A stretch of 64,000 nucleotides of DNA from Marinilabiliaceae bacterium (GTDB lineage: Bacteria > Bacteroidota > Bacteroidia > Bacteroidales > VadinHA17), in assembly GCA_036350795.1 (NCBI GenBank), contig JAZBNV010000137.1, positions 24,302 through 88,301 on the forward strand. The letters are read 5' to 3'. Position numbers and translations under genes: made by a program. The notes beneath the pieces are model-generated. The model saw only the letters and a program-made list of their open reading frames with translations, was not told the origin of the DNA and did no database searches. This document shows positions 8,767 to 16,983 of the stretch, in pieces. Every line of letters begins with the position of its first letter. Positions within the stretch are counted from its first letter, which is position 1.

Positions 8767-10773
8767 ATGTTAAAGCCCCGACTCCAAAAACCAGTTATTC
8801 TGCTGGCAATGATTTCATTAATGCTGTTGTTACCGCTTAACAGCATGTCGCAGAAAGTCCCGATCTCATTTAATAAGTATCATGGTTTCAGCGGAACGCT
8901 TGATTACCTTAAAAAGGTCAATAATGCCTACCCTGATATCACTGAACTAATTAAAATTGGCGAAAGTAATTATGGAAGACCTGTATATGTTCTTGTAATC
9001 TCAAATATGAAAACAGGTACTACAATAGACAGGCACATTAAGCTATATAACAAGCGTAAGGAAAATGTTGATAATGTCCCGGAGATGAAGATTCACCAGG
9101 GTAAACCCGGACATTTTATCAGCGGATCAACTCACGGTAATGAATACACCGGGACTGAAGTATGCCTTTATATTATTGATAAGCTTGTAAGTGGCTACGG
9201 GAGCAGCGAAGAGATAACAGAGCTTATTGATAAGAAGGCCTTTTATATCTGCCCGGTAATTAACCCTGACGGTGTTTTTAACAGTGTTGAAAAGGGAATT
9301 GCCCAGAGAGCCAATTCGATGAAGATTGATAACGATAATGACGGGCAGATAAATGAAGATGGCCCCGACGACCTGAATGGTGATGGCTTTATTACTTCGT
9401 TCAGGTATAAGGACGATAAGGGATCATATATTCTTGATGAAAGCGATTCAAGAATAATGGTAAGGCTGGGAAGGAACCAGGAAACTGAGCAGCAAAGATA
9501 TTCTCTTATTGCAGAAGATCTTGATAATGACAAGGACGGCAAACGGGGCGAGGATCCGGAAGCCGGCATTGACCTTAACCGTAACTACCCTGAAGGATGG
9601 TGGAACGACCAGGGATTTGCAGGAGGAAGTGGTGACTACCCTACATCGGCACCCGAATCGCATGCCATAGCAGAATTCTTTAGCACTTACAGGAACATTC
9701 TGATGGCACAGTTTTACCATACCTCGGGGGGATTTACCTACAGGCCGATGGGGACAGCACCACATACCAGGATGAACAGTAATGATGTTGCAGTATTCGA
9801 CCTTGTAATGGGCAAAAAGTACCTCGAAATAATTGGTGAGGAAATCCCTGAAGCATGGGAGAACCCCGGCAAAATAAGTGAACTGAAAAAGATCCTGGCC
9901 GGAACCGATGCAGATAAATACACTAAAATGAGAGGTTATGAACTGCCACGGGGGTGGAGGGTAAGCTATAATGAAAAAGCCGACCGCAGGTACGGATATG
10001 GTATGGCAACCGACTGGCTCTACGCCCAGTACGGTATTTATTCCATTACTACCGAACTCTGGAACCCCCTGGCAGATATACCCGGACTCAGTATAGCAGA
10101 AGGTGACGATAGCCAGATGGCCCGTGAAAAGGCTTTGCTAAAATACCAGGAAGACGAATATGGAGGAGACCTCTTTATAGACTGGAAAGCATTTAAACAC
10201 CCGGAGCTGGGCGAAGGAGAAATAGGAGGATGGAAATCACAGTATGCACGTAACAATGCCTTCCCGGGAAAACCCCTGCTCAAGGTTTGTGAAGATCACT
10301 GGCAGTTTGAATTATTCAGGGCAAAGCTGCTACCGGAAATTGCTATCAAAGATATTAAGACCGAAATACTCTATAGCGGAAACGCCAGTGAAGGCTCGGT
10401 GTCTGTCGACAATAACAGCTACAGGATCAACTCCGGAAATGCTAAGGGAAAGTATCATATTATAAGGATTAAGGCGACAGTTGAAAATACGGGAGAGCTT
10501 GGAACCAACCTGGCTGCAGCAGACCGCTTACCCGGGAACAGGGAAGATGTTGTGTGGCTGGTGGGTGATAAAGGAAGTATAGAGTTTCTTGAAGGACAGC
10601 CCTTTAAATCAGTTGGCAGCCTGGGTGGAGTATTAAATGTTCCAGGAACAGGCAAACAGGATTCGTCTGCAGAGCTTGAATGGATTATTGCACTTAAGGA
10701 CAAATCAGATCTGAAGCTTATTGTCTCATCACTAAAAGGAGGCACCGTAGTTAAGAATATTTCAATTAAATAG
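8767..10773 (+). CDS. M14-family zinc carboxypeptidase, secreted
   Basis: Signal peptide, zinc ligand block GSTHGNEYTG and the NRNYP substrate-binding motif. Asp-rich DxDxDG inserts (DNDNDGQINEDGPDDLNGDG, DLDNDKDGKRGED). Confidence 0.85.
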   Translation: MLKPRLQKPVILLAMISLMLLLPLNSMSQKVPISFNKYHGFSGTLDYLKKVNNAYPDITELIKIGESNYGRPVYVLVISNMKTGTTIDRHIKLYNKRKENVDNVPEMKIHQGKPGHFISGSTHGNEYTGTEVCLYIIDKLVSGYGSSEEITELIDKKAFYICPVINPDGVFNSVEKGIAQRANSMKIDNDNDGQINEDGPDDLNGDGFITSFRYKDDKGSYILDESDSRIMVRLGRNQETEQQRYSLIAEDLDNDKDGKRGEDPEAGIDLNRNYPEGWWNDQGFAGGSGDYPTSAPESHAIAEFFSTYRNILMAQFYHTSGGFTYRPMGTAPHTRMNSNDVAVFDLVMGKKYLEIIGEEIPEAWENPGKISELKKILAGTDADKYTKMRGYELPRGWRVSYNEKADRRYGYGMATDWLYAQYGIYSITTELWNPLADIPGLSIAEGDDSQMAREKALLKYQEDEYGGDLFIDWKAFKHPELGEGEIGGWKSQYARNNAFPGKPLLKVCEDHWQFELFRAKLLPEIAIKDIKTEILYSGNASEGSVSVDNNSYRINSGNAKGKYHIIRIKATVENTGELGTNLAAADRLPGNREDVVWLVGDKGSIEFLEGQPFKSVGSLGGVLNVPGTGKQDSSAELEWIIALKDKSDLKLIVSSLKGGTVVKNISIK

Positions 10774-10787
10774 TGGAGGAAACAGTT

Positions 10788-12674
10788 ATGAAAAATCTAA
10801 AAAATTCAATTACAGCAGTTCTGCTTTGTTTAAGCATCTTTCTGACTTTTTCTTCTGCTCTGAGGGCCCAGGCTAAGCTCCAGAAAAGTGCCGGTGGCCA
10901 GCATGGAGAAATGGATTTTAATATAAACTGGAAAAGATATTACAGCTACAACGAGTGGACAAAAATAATGCACGAGCTGCAGAAGGCCTATCCTGCAATA
11001 TGTGATATAGAATCGATAGGCAAAAGCCGAATGGGCAGGGAACAATACCTGCTCACGATCAGTTCTAAAAACACCGGCGACCATAATAATAAGCCCGCAA
11101 TGTGGGTCGATGGAGCCATTCATGGTAACGAGGTAAACGGGATTACCTGCTCGCTTTACCTGGCATGGCATCTTCTTACCAGGTACGATTACGACCCCTT
11201 TATTAATGAGCTGGTAAATAATAATACATTCTACATCCTTCCGGGACTTAATGTAGATGCCAATAACAGCTTCGTGGAATATCCCAATACAGCCAATAAC
11301 CCGAGAGAGCCATATCGTCCCGAAGACAACGACAGGGACGGACTCTACGACGAAGACCAGACTGAAGACGTGGATGGTGATGGTGAACTGTCGAATATGT
11401 ACCTGGAAGATCCAAGGGGCCTGCTCAGGTTATCTGCCGATAAAAGAAGGTTTGTAGAAGCAGAAGAAGGTTTTGAAGGACTGAGATTTACCAGGATAGG
11501 CTCAGAAGGCTTTGATAATGATGGTGATGGCAGGATAAACGAGGATGATATTGGCGGACCGGATCCAAACAGGAATTATCCCTATGGCTGGGGGCTGGAT
11601 TCAGGCGACCCCTATCCCATGTCTGAGCCGGAAACACGCAATGTTATGGAATTTCAACTTGCTCATCCAAACATTTTTGCTTCATTCCACTACCATAATA
11701 CCGGAAGGTTGATTATGTTCCAGGCCCCGCAAGCCATAAAGACCACACCCGAGCAGCAGGGCAGGTTGAATGAACAAACCGAAGCCAGGCTGGCCGAACT
11801 CCGTAAAACCAACAAGTATGCCCAGCTGTTCGCACGGAATGTAAGCCCGGATACCCGGCACGACCTGGATGTTCAGACAGACATTGTGAGCGAGGGAGCA
11901 TATATACTTAAAAATTACAGGCCTGTATTCGGGGGACTGTCGGGGCAGGCTCATGCTGCCACGTATAATATGCTTGGTGCCTATTCCTACCTTATTGAAC
12001 TATGGGGCTCTCCGGCCACTCTTGCCGACACCGACAATGACGGAAGGGTATCGGATGAAGAATATATGAAATGGATAGACCTGGACCTTGGAGGTGAAGG
12101 ATGGATAAACCCGCATAAGGTTGAGCATCCTGATCTGGGCGAAATCTGGATTGGAGGATCTGCAAAAAAACATATGCAGCGAACACCCCCTTCAAGGTAT
12201 ATTGAAATGGAAGCCGAAAAGAATGCCAGGTTCGTGCTGTACTGTGTTAGCCAGTTTCCGGAGGTAGAAATTGATGATATTGCAATAAAGCCTGTTACAG
12301 ATAATATTTACCAGGTTGATGTATATGTAAAAAATGACCGGGTTTACCCAACGGCTTCCGACAGGTCTGTTCAGCTTGACAGGTATACACCTGATAAACT
12401 TATTATCACCCCTTCGGATAATGTTACACTTATTGAGACTTCGGGCAAAAATGCCGCTGGTACTTCAGGGGGCTATGGTTCAAGAAATACGGGCACCCGG
12501 ACCGAGACACAGATGGCAGGCGGCAAGGAAACAAGTTTCAGGCTTAAGGGTAAGGAAAAAAGAATAGTAAGGTATATAGTGGCAATGGATGGGAAAAAAG
12601 GAAGCCTGGAATTCAGGCTTGAGTCAAAGACAGGTGGTACAGATACCAGGGAAATTACAATTGAAAAAAAATAG
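10788..12674 (+). CDS. M14-family zinc carboxypeptidase, secreted (paralogue of the preceding gene)
   Basis: GAIHGNEVNG and NRNYP motifs plus Asp-rich inserts (DNDRDGLYDEDQTEDVDGDG, DNDGDGRINEDD). I prefer the ATG at 10788 (MKNLKN + signal peptide) over the GTG at 10773 listed in the track. Confidence 0.85.
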   Translation: MKNLKNSITAVLLCLSIFLTFSSALRAQAKLQKSAGGQHGEMDFNINWKRYYSYNEWTKIMHELQKAYPAICDIESIGKSRMGREQYLLTISSKNTGDHNNKPAMWVDGAIHGNEVNGITCSLYLAWHLLTRYDYDPFINELVNNNTFYILPGLNVDANNSFVEYPNTANNPREPYRPEDNDRDGLYDEDQTEDVDGDGELSNMYLEDPRGLLRLSADKRRFVEAEEGFEGLRFTRIGSEGFDNDGDGRINEDDIGGPDPNRNYPYGWGLDSGDPYPMSEPETRNVMEFQLAHPNIFASFHYHNTGRLIMFQAPQAIKTTPEQQGRLNEQTEARLAELRKTNKYAQLFARNVSPDTRHDLDVQTDIVSEGAYILKNYRPVFGGLSGQAHAATYNMLGAYSYLIELWGSPATLADTDNDGRVSDEEYMKWIDLDLGGEGWINPHKVEHPDLGEIWIGGSAKKHMQRTPPSRYIEMEAEKNARFVLYCVSQFPEVEIDDIAIKPVTDNIYQVDVYVKNDRVYPTASDRSVQLDRYTPDKLIITPSDNVTLIETSGKNAAGTSGGYGSRNTGTRTETQMAGGKETSFRLKGKEKRIVRYIVAMDGKKGSLEFRLESKTGGTDTREITIEKK

Positions 12675-12695
12675 GAACGCGAAGCATCGCGTTCC
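12674..12695. terminator. hairpin between convergent genes, probable terminator (better T-run for the minus-strand prx gene)
   Basis: GGAACGCGA-AGCA-TCGCGTTCC, a 9-bp stem. It is flanked by A8 on the plus strand, which is a T-run on the minus strand. Confidence 0.6.
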
Positions 12696-12706
12696 CATTA
12701 AGGTAA

Positions 12707-13420
12707 TTACTTCTTAATTGCGTCCCAGACCTTTTTCTCATCAATGGGTTTGGTGCAGAAGAACCAGTCGTAGCACTTCATGTCTTCCTTGCCTTCCATC
12801 CTGTCTTTTGCAGTTCCGCATGAACCTGCGGGAGGAACAATTACATCATCACCCGGACGCCAGTCGGCTGGCATGGCAACGCCAAAGGCATCGGCTGCCT
12901 GGAGAGCAACAACCACCCTGTACAGCTCATCAAAGTTACGGCCCAGGCTTAAGGGATAATAAATAATTGTTCTGATTACACCAGCGGGATCAATAAAAAA
13001 TACTGCCCTCACTGCTTTTGTTGTGGCTTCTCCCGGCTGAATCATTCCGTACTTATTTGCCACTTCCATGCTTATGTCTTCAATAAGCGGGAAAGTAACC
13101 TCAACATCCTTCATTCCCCTGTATTCAATCTTCTCCTTGATAGTGCGAAGCCAGGCAATATGGCTGTAAAGACCATCTACCGAAAGACCAACAAGCTTGG
13201 TATTTACCTCGGCAAATTTATCCTGCATCGAAGCAAAAGTCATAAATTCTGAAGTACATACCGGTGTAAAGTCGGCCGGGTGACTGAAAAGGATTACCCA
13301 TTCTCCCTTGTAATCAGAAGGGAAATTAATATCACCCTGTGTTGTAACAGCTTTAAATTCAGGAGCTTTATCTCCAATTCTTGGCATTGAAAATACCTGT
13401 TTTTCTACGTGTTCTTCCAT
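12707..13420 (-). CDS. peroxiredoxin, Prx6/archaeal-type with extra C-terminal cysteines
   Basis: Peroxidatic motif HPADFTPVCTSE and a C-terminal GSCGT...KCYDWFFC. An alternative start is Met12 (MPRIGDKAPEF, nt 13387). Confidence 0.9.
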   Translation of the reverse strand: MEEHVEKQVFSMPRIGDKAPEFKAVTTQGDINFPSDYKGEWVILFSHPADFTPVCTSEFMTFASMQDKFAEVNTKLVGLSVDGLYSHIAWLRTIKEKIEYRGMKDVEVTFPLIEDISMEVANKYGMIQPGEATTKAVRAVFFIDPAGVIRTIIYYPLSLGRNFDELYRVVVALQAADAFGVAMPADWRPGDDVIVPPAGSCGTAKDRMEGKEDMKCYDWFFCTKPIDEKKVWDAIKK

Positions 13421-13453
13421 GTTTATTTAATTTTAGTTTATTATGAAAATGAA

Positions 13454-13885
13454 TTACTGATTGGTTCTTTGTTTGGTATATTTCCCCGAGATCTGAAGTT
13501 TAACATTCTTAATATCAAATCCGGGGATGGTATTATTGCTAAAGTATTCCTTAATAATACCACTGAGCTTATCATCATAATAATCACTGATCTTTTCAGA
13601 ATCAAGATCAAATAAATGATGATGTTCTTCCAGGAATGCATCATACCTCATCCTGTCTTTTTCTGTCTGCACCAGCGAAACAAGTCCCTTTTCTATAAAG
13701 GTATCAAGTATATTATAAACTGTACCCTTTGCTATACTGGGATGTTCCTTCCTTATCTCATCAATTATAAAATCAGCAGTCGGATGCTCATGGCTGGAGC
13801 GCAGTATCTTATATACCAGCACCCTCTGGGGGGTAACCTTCAATCCTTTTGAAGTGAAAATATGCCTTATTTGCTGCTGATCCAT
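13454..13885 (-). CDS. Fur-family transcriptional repressor (PerR-like by context)
   Basis: Winged-helix block TPQRVLVYKIL...HPTADFI and metal-site block EEHHHLFDLD. It lies 33 nt upstream of prx on the same strand. The protein contains no cysteine. Confidence 0.8.
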   Translation of the reverse strand: MDQQQIRHIFTSKGLKVTPQRVLVYKILRSSHEHPTADFIIDEIRKEHPSIAKGTVYNILDTFIEKGLVSLVQTEKDRMRYDAFLEEHHHLFDLDSEKISDYYDDKLSGIIKEYFSNNTIPGFDIKNVKLQISGKYTKQRTNQ

Positions 13886-13979
13886 ATTTAATAATGACTT
13901 ATTCCTATTTAAGACTGTGTAAAGATAAGAAGTATTTTTTATTCCTGCAAATTTTTTTTATCTGCCTGCCAGCCTGATA

Positions 13980-14059
13980 GTGTGAGGCTCCCTCTGCTGG
14001 TGTGAGGCTCCTGCCTCACGCTTAATATCCTCTGATGGTGTGAGGCTCCTGCCTCACGC
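13980..14059. repeat. three direct copies of GTGTGAGGCTCC; two copies form GC-rich hairpins
   Basis: Copies at 13980-13991, 14000-14011 and 14038-14049. Copies 2 and 3 extend into GTGAGGC-TCCT-GCCTCAC stems, 9 bp when flanking G-C and U-G pairs are included (14000-14021, 14038-14059). A degenerate GGCTCACGCC sits at 14091-14100. Confidence 0.8.
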
Positions 14060-14120
14060 CAGATCTCATACTGATTTCACGATTGTATATGGCTCACGCC
14101 TATTCTCTGTTGCCGGCTAC

Positions 14121-15098
14121 TTACATGTACCCGTTAGCCCGGAACCATGTAACAGCCTCATCAAGGGCTACAGTAATAGGGGTTTGTGGCATTTCAAGTT
14201 CTGCCACGGCTTTTTGTGCAGAATAGAAATGGTCTTCGGTCGACATCCGCGACATCCGGTAGTTTACCCTGGGAGTAAAGCTGAACATCCTTGCTAAAAC
14301 AGTCATCACAGCACCATATAAAAGAGTAATAAAATTACTCATTTTCATTTTTGGTGCTTTTACTCCCACTGCAGCAGCCATCAGGGCAAAGATCTCCTTA
14401 TAGCTCAGGTTCTGGTTACCCAGGAGGTATGATTCGCCGGCCCGTCCTTTTTCAAGTGCATTAGTTATAGCAATGGCAACGTCTTTTACATAAACAAAAT
14501 TTCTGCCACCTGCGGGATATCCCGGCACTCCTGCTTTCACGGCCAGGAGCATAGCCCCTGAACTGGGTTTTACATCAAAGGGACCAAGCATAAAAGTAGG
14601 ATTTACGATTATGGCATTTAATCCTTTTTTAGCCTCTTCAAGTACCATCAGGTGAGCCCTGTACTTTGAACTTATATAGTCAAGGCCATAGCGATCGGCA
14701 CAGTATCCCGACTCCTCTGTGCCAGGTTTTTCAGAACAACCGCTTCCGAAAGAGTTGGCTGTGCCAACATGGATAAACCTTTTAACCTCCAGTTTCCTGG
14801 CCGCGTCAAGCACCACTGCTGTTCCTTCCACGTTTACCTTCCAGTAACTTTCGTGCCTGCAGGGCCAGGTATCGGTTTTAGCAGCAGCATGTATTACATA
14901 ATCGCAGCCTTCCATTGCTGCCTCTACCTGCTTATTGTTTAATATATTACCATAAAACTTGCGAAGCGGCAGATCATCAAGAAAGGGAGTAGACCTGCCC
15001 TCCTCTATAAATACATTTACCTCGTAGCTTTTATCAAGAAGTGTTCTTACGAGATTATGACCAAGAACACCATCCGGTCCGGTTAACAGTACTTTCAT
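14121..15098 (-). CDS. NAD(P)-dependent extended SDR (epimerase/dehydratase, dihydroflavonol-reductase-like)
   Basis: N-terminal Rossmann motif MKVLLTGPDGVLG and an SSKYRAH region matching YxxxK-type catalytic residues. 325 aa. Confidence 0.8.
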   Translation of the reverse strand: MKVLLTGPDGVLGHNLVRTLLDKSYEVNVFIEEGRSTPFLDDLPLRKFYGNILNNKQVEAAMEGCDYVIHAAAKTDTWPCRHESYWKVNVEGTAVVLDAARKLEVKRFIHVGTANSFGSGCSEKPGTEESGYCADRYGLDYISSKYRAHLMVLEEAKKGLNAIIVNPTFMLGPFDVKPSSGAMLLAVKAGVPGYPAGGRNFVYVKDVAIAITNALEKGRAGESYLLGNQNLSYKEIFALMAAAVGVKAPKMKMSNFITLLYGAVMTVLARMFSFTPRVNYRMSRMSTEDHFYSAQKAVAELEMPQTPITVALDEAVTWFRANGYM

Positions 15099-15236
15099 CA
15101 GGTTCAGGTTCTGTGAGACTTAAAAATAACCAAATTATTTAATCAGGCCCGATTTGATTTAATAATATTTGTCATTAGAGATAACAATCATCAATAAGCG
15201 TTGTTAGATATTTAAACATTGCAAACTTATAAGATA

Positions 15237-15905
15237 ATGTCAGTTAACGGATCAGGGTCCCCCGGAAAACAAATTATTAAATCTGTAGTTGCAATCGACA
15301 GCAATGTATATATCCTGTCGTTTGAACGCAGTTTCGACTTCCTGCCGGGTCAGATAATAGCTTTAAGCCTTGATAAAAATGATCCGGCTCCCAGGTTATA
15401 CAGCATCTGTAGTGGTACTGATGATAAGGAAATAAAAATCCTTTTTAATACTGTACCCGGAGGAAAACTGACAACAAGGATGGCCGGACTGGGTCAGGGT
15501 GATATAATCTACAGCTCAAATCCTTACGGCAGGTTTTGTATCAGGGAAGAAGCGGCCGTCTGGATAGCCAATGGCACCGGTATTGCTCCCTTCGTTTCAA
15601 GGGTTCTTTCGGGCAGCAGCAAGGCGGTAACACTTCTGCATGGAGGCCGGTCGGAAGCTTCTTTTTATTTTGAAGATGTTTTCAGGCAAAGCAATAATGT
15701 TGAGTATATAAAATGCAGCACCTCAATTAATAATTCTGACTATTTTCATGGCAGGATCACAAAATACCTTTCAGAAGCAGATAAGCTTCCACAAGAAAGA
15801 AGATACTATCTTTGTGGAAGCACCGAAATGGTTGTAGAAGCACGGGATATCCTGATATCAAAAGGGATCAGCTATAATATGATTGAATCTGAAATATATT
15901 TCTGA
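15237..15905 (+). CDS. ferredoxin-NADP reductase-like FAD/NAD(P)-binding oxidoreductase
   Basis: RLYSICS (FAD RxYS motif), IANGTGIAPF (NAD(P) GxGxxP) and a C-terminal YYLCGSTEMV. I prefer the ATG at 15237 over the TTG at 15219 listed in the track. Confidence 0.7.
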   Translation: MSVNGSGSPGKQIIKSVVAIDSNVYILSFERSFDFLPGQIIALSLDKNDPAPRLYSICSGTDDKEIKILFNTVPGGKLTTRMAGLGQGDIIYSSNPYGRFCIREEAAVWIANGTGIAPFVSRVLSGSSKAVTLLHGGRSEASFYFEDVFRQSNNVEYIKCSTSINNSDYFHGRITKYLSEADKLPQERRYYLCGSTEMVVEARDILISKGISYNMIESEIYF

Positions 15906-15906
15906 T

Positions 15907-16935
15907 ATGAAGCAAGCACTATTTGGCCTGACATTGAACGAGTTAATCTCAGTTACAAAAAAAATGGGGCTGCCCGGTTTTACTGCACGGCAAATAGCAG
16001 ACTGGCTTTACAAAAAAAATATTGCTTCGATTGATGAAATGACCAACCTGTCAATTACTGCACGTAAAAAACTGAGTGAGGATTATGAGATCGGCAGGTC
16101 AGGTCATGTAAAAGTGCAAACCTCTGTTGACGGAACAAAGAAATATCTCTTCCCGGCATATAACGGTAAATTTATAGAAGCAGCCTATATTCCTGAAAAA
16201 GACAGGGCAACATTATGTATATCCTCGCAGGTAGGATGCAAAATGGGCTGCCTCTTCTGTATGACTGCCAGGCAGGGCTTCCAGGGACAGCTTTCGCCGG
16301 GCGAAATCCTTAACCAGGTAGCCAGCCTGCCCGAAATGGACAGCCTTACAAACATTGTTTATATGGGTATGGGAGAACCTTTCGACAATATTGAGAATGT
16401 TCTTAAATCGCTAGAAATACTTACCTCCGATTGGGCTTATGCTATGTCGCCCAGGAGGATAACCGTTTCGACCATAGGAATTATACCGGCGATGGAAGAA
16501 TTTCTTCAGCACTCCGAAGCCCATCTCGCAGTAAGCCTCCATACTCCATTCGACGACGAACGAAAATCTCTTATGCCGGTTGAAAGTGTTTACCCGGTAA
16601 AGGAGGTTGTAGACAGTGTAAAAAAATATGACTGGGGCAGGCAGAGACGAATTTCATTTGAATATATAATGTTTGAAGGGGTAAATGATTCTGACAGGCA
16701 CATCAGGGGACTGACCCGCTTGCTGGATGGCCTCAAATGCCGGATAAACCTGATCCGCTTTCATCCAATTCCCGGATCACCCTTAAAAAGTTCAGACAGG
16801 GAAACAATTATTAGGTTCAGGGATGCTCTTACCAAAAAAGGTATCACAACAACCATCCGTGCTTCGCGGGGCGAGGATATTTATGCTGCCTGCGGACTTC
16901 TATCGACAAAAGAAGGCATAGGGAGTAAGGCATAA
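15907..16935 (+). CDS. rlmN: 23S rRNA/tRNA (adenine-C2)-methyltransferase RlmN (radical SAM)
   Basis: Radical-SAM cluster motif CKMGCLFC, GMGEP, and a C-terminal CGLL-type cysteine (DIYAACGLL). I prefer the ATG at 15907 (MKQALFGLTLNEL), directly after the upstream stop. Confidence 0.9.
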   Translation: MKQALFGLTLNELISVTKKMGLPGFTARQIADWLYKKNIASIDEMTNLSITARKKLSEDYEIGRSGHVKVQTSVDGTKKYLFPAYNGKFIEAAYIPEKDRATLCISSQVGCKMGCLFCMTARQGFQGQLSPGEILNQVASLPEMDSLTNIVYMGMGEPFDNIENVLKSLEILTSDWAYAMSPRRITVSTIGIIPAMEEFLQHSEAHLAVSLHTPFDDERKSLMPVESVYPVKEVVDSVKKYDWGRQRRISFEYIMFEGVNDSDRHIRGLTRLLDGLKCRINLIRFHPIPGSPLKSSDRETIIRFRDALTKKGITTTIRASRGEDIYAACGLLSTKEGIGSKA

Positions 16936-16983
16936 GGCCAAAATGACACTTCACCTACCCCGCACCAGGTACCCCTGCTTCCC

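Noticed and set aside
13980-14059. Possible CRISPR array or terminator stack
   Set aside because: There are only three short (12-22 nt) copies with 8- and 26-nt spacers, no cas genes and no regular repeat-spacer architecture. No U-tract is present, so they are not canonical terminators either. I kept them as an unexplained repeat.
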